A stretch of DNA of 64,000 nt from Lactimicrobium sp. (GTDB lineage: Bacteria; Bacillota_I; Bacilli_A; Erysipelotrichales; Erysipelotrichaceae): assembly GCF_036453445.1 (NCBI RefSeq), contig NZ_JAZHUX010000001.1, one strand, 5' to 3'. This document shows, piece after piece, positions 61,554 to 64,000 of this stretch (the first letter of the stretch is position 1; every line of letters begins with the position of its first letter). Position numbers and translations under genes: made by a program. The notes under the pieces are model-generated. The model saw only the letters and a list, made by a program, of their open reading frames with translations, had not been told where the DNA came from and made no database searches.

Positions 61554-63371
61554 ATGAACAAGCGTAAAGAACCTGTGAAAATTGTAAGCCATCTGATCAA
61601 CAGCAGAGATGTCCTGCCAAGACTGCTGCTGTTTCATATCTGTTTGTCTGCCCTTCTGGCATTGATCATTTTCTGCTATGGCTGGATCGTACAGGCCCTG
61701 CTGGATGCCGGCGGCCTGGTATCACTGACATCCGGCAATCTGAAATGGATCTTCACCAGCTGGCAGGGATGGACCATCCTGATCAGTGCCATGTTCATCC
61801 TCATGCTTTGCACATGCCTGGAAATCAATGCCCGCATCCTGTACTGCCAGGAAGTACTGCAGGGAACCCGGAAACCATCCTTCTGTCAATGCACAAAGCA
61901 GGGATTGAAAACACTGCCCCGCTTTCTGACACCTGCCGGCATCCTTGTCATGTTCTGGACCGGCATCATCATCCCGCTGGCAGGCCTTGGCACCACAACC
62001 ACATGGACTTCCTCTTTGCGCTGGCCAGCATGGATCTTAGCAGGATTCAAGCGCACCCCGATCTTCTATCTGCTCTATGGCAGCGTCGAAGGCACCATTC
62101 TCATCCTGAGCTTTCTTAGCATCTATACCCTGCACGCCGCCATCCTGCACAAACAGAAACCATGGCAGGCTGTACACACCTCATGGAGAATGTTCAAAAC
62201 AAACAGGAAAGAATATCTGCTGGAAACCGCCAGTGCCATCGCTGCCATCTTTCTATCGATCTGGCTTGCCGGCATCCTGACAATCAAAGTTCCGGCCTAT
62301 CTGCTGAATACGTTCCTGACCAGCCACACCGTTGGCGAAAGAGTCCTGCTTGGTGCCGCCACCATGTTCTGCGTGCTTGTCTATACCATCATCCGCATGC
62401 TTGCCAGCAGCTGTCTCATTCTGGAACTGACCAGCATCTGGCTGAGCATGCAGAAAGAAACAGAAGTTCCCGTCAGAAAGCCAAAAGGCAGATTCATCCG
62501 CCGCTTCCTGCTGGCATCCCTGGCTGTCTCACTTGCCTTTGGCTTTGTGACAGCAGGCTATTTTGATGACTGGTTTCCGGCGAAATCCGATGCATTGATC
62601 ATCGCCCACCGGGCCGGCGGCGCCCTTGGTGCTGAAAACACGCTGTATGATCTGGAACTGGCACACGAACAGGGCATCACGGCAGGAGAGATTGATGTAC
62701 AGCGCACCAAAGACGGCTATTATGTTGTCACCCACGACAACACGTTCTGGCGCACAGCCAATGACAGACGCTATGTCTGGGATATGACCCTGGAAGAGAT
62801 CCAGACCGAAATCAACATCTTCCCATTGCGGCAGGGCCAGCCAAGTGTCACCGTCTCTACCATCGAGCAGTTTCTGGATAAGGCAAAAGAGTGGAACATG
62901 CATTTGTTTGTCGAACTGAAAGGCTATACTGCCGATACGAAGATGGCCGATGATCTGGCCAGAATTGTCAAAGAAAAGAATATGGCAGATCAATGTACAT
63001 TCATATCCCTCAAATACAACCTCGTTGACTATATGGAAACCACATATCCGGAACTGGAAACAGGCTATATCTACAACATGGCCATCGGTGATACCCCAGA
63101 TCTCAACTGTGACTGCTTCATTGTCGCAAGCGAAGCAGCCACCCCTGCTGCCATCTATGCCATCCAGGCAAAAGGCAAGAAAATCTATGTATGGAGTGTC
63201 AACACCACCAGCCAGATTGAAAAATTTCTGAAATCAGATATCGACGGCATCATTACCGATCAGCCTGTCAATGCCAGAAAGGTAGAAAGAAAACTGGAAA
63301 GACGGTCAGACTTCCAGAGAGTCTATGACAACCTGACGACACTCATTCCATCCTTCCTGCCCATCTCATAA
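61554..63371 (+). CDS. Glycerophosphodiester phosphodiesterase with N-terminal membrane domain
   Basis: Multi-TM N-terminus; IIAHRAG, AENTL, EIDVQRTKDG..VVTHD, VELK, VWSVN, DGIITD. Confidence 0.92.
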   Translation: MNKRKEPVKIVSHLINSRDVLPRLLLFHICLSALLALIIFCYGWIVQALLDAGGLVSLTSGNLKWIFTSWQGWTILISAMFILMLCTCLEINARILYCQEVLQGTRKPSFCQCTKQGLKTLPRFLTPAGILVMFWTGIIIPLAGLGTTTTWTSSLRWPAWILAGFKRTPIFYLLYGSVEGTILILSFLSIYTLHAAILHKQKPWQAVHTSWRMFKTNRKEYLLETASAIAAIFLSIWLAGILTIKVPAYLLNTFLTSHTVGERVLLGAATMFCVLVYTIIRMLASSCLILELTSIWLSMQKETEVPVRKPKGRFIRRFLLASLAVSLAFGFVTAGYFDDWFPAKSDALIIAHRAGGALGAENTLYDLELAHEQGITAGEIDVQRTKDGYYVVTHDNTFWRTANDRRYVWDMTLEEIQTEINIFPLRQGQPSVTVSTIEQFLDKAKEWNMHLFVELKGYTADTKMADDLARIVKEKNMADQCTFISLKYNLVDYMETTYPELETGYIYNMAIGDTPDLNCDCFIVASEAATPAAIYAIQAKGKKIYVWSVNTTSQIEKFLKSDIDGIITDQPVNARKVERKLERRSDFQRVYDNLTTLIPSFLPIS

Positions 63372-63414
63372 TAAAAGGAGGCAGATTGCTCTGACTCCCA
63401 CGCAACATTCATTC

Positions 63415-64000
63415 TCAAGCCCAGTTCACACTCACTGTGTAATCGGATCCATACACACTTCTGACCCTGTCAACAATGAAGGCTTCCGCACTCTTCTCTG
63501 CCCGCTCCAGAAGGTCTGTACCTTCCACATAGGATTCAAACTCATCCTTGATGGCATCCTCAATCCCAGGATAATCCTCAAATCTGAAAGAATTGAAGAT
63601 ACTGTCATTCACATCCCATATTTTCGAGTTGGCAGTATACACATCCAATAGTTCTACAGATGGCGCATCAACCGTTACCGTCTTAGCATCTTCATCCACA
63701 TCCGCCACCTTGATCTGCGTGGCATCCTTGATGCCAGCCTTGGCCGTACCGTCATACTCAATCAGGGCCGATTTGCCGGTAAACGGAATCTCAATCCCCA
63801 GAACCTTCTCCTTTTCCTGCGTATATTCGTAAATATATCTGCCCGTAACCTGTTCCGTCGCTAACTCCGCAATATCATCAAAGGAAACGACTACCGGTGC
63901 CGTAGTGGAAGAAGAACTGCTGTGATGAGGCAGAATGTCACCAAGATATGGTCCTGCAAACACACCCCCAAAGAAGATGGCAATGCCAAGAAGAATGCGG
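63415..64000 (-). CDS. DUF4230-like single-TM protein, partial (5' end outside the window)
   Basis: The frame stays open to the window edge (RILLGIAIFFGGVFAG...). DIAELAT, EYDGTAKAGI and LLERAEKSAE fit DUF4230. Confidence 0.75.
   Translation of the reverse strand, partial: RILLGIAIFFGGVFAGPYLGDILPHHSSSSSTTAPVVVSFDDIAELATEQVTGRYIYEYTQEKEKVLGIEIPFTGKSALIEYDGTAKAGIKDATQIKVADVDEDAKTVTVDAPSVELLDVYTANSKIWDVNDSIFNSFRFEDYPGIEDAIKDEFESYVEGTDLLERAEKSAEAFIVDRVRSVYGSDYTVSVNWA

Overview
A 64-kb core-chromosome window from a Firmicute. The 16S reads as Erysipelotrichaceae (Solobacterium/Bulleidia/Stecheria-like, judged by eye, no search run), and the shortened 5S fits. Most genes lie on the minus strand. 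Contents: one complete rrn operon (16S-23S-5S, no spacer tRNAs); three free-standing tRNAs (Thr-CGT, Ile-GAT, Ala-TGC); rplM-rpsI; ecfA1-ecfA2-ecfT-truA; a divergent threonine cluster (asd-lysC-hom / thrC-thrB-thrR); sdaAB-sdaAA; several transporters; an esterase-GH43 operon; a 1560-aa EAL/triple-GGDEF protein; and a CBS-type pyrophosphatase. I found no prophage, intact IS, integrase or CRISPR array. Best leads: (1) a cytoplasmic ParB/Srx-like + BMP nucleoside-binding fusion coupled to a metallophosphoesterase; (2) a nucleosidase-like + non-canonical SPL-family radical SAM + SDR cassette appended to the ecf-truA operon; (3) unusual 16S bases in the decoding site (U1409, C1491) and helix 27 (U886-A911, U912); (4) a catalytically dead resolvase-HTH; (5) a tandem 6-3-6 operator over a promoter; (6) orphan SSB-like and membrane-anchored RraB-like proteins; (7) several apparently leaderless genes. 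All family assignments come from motif recognition, not database searches.
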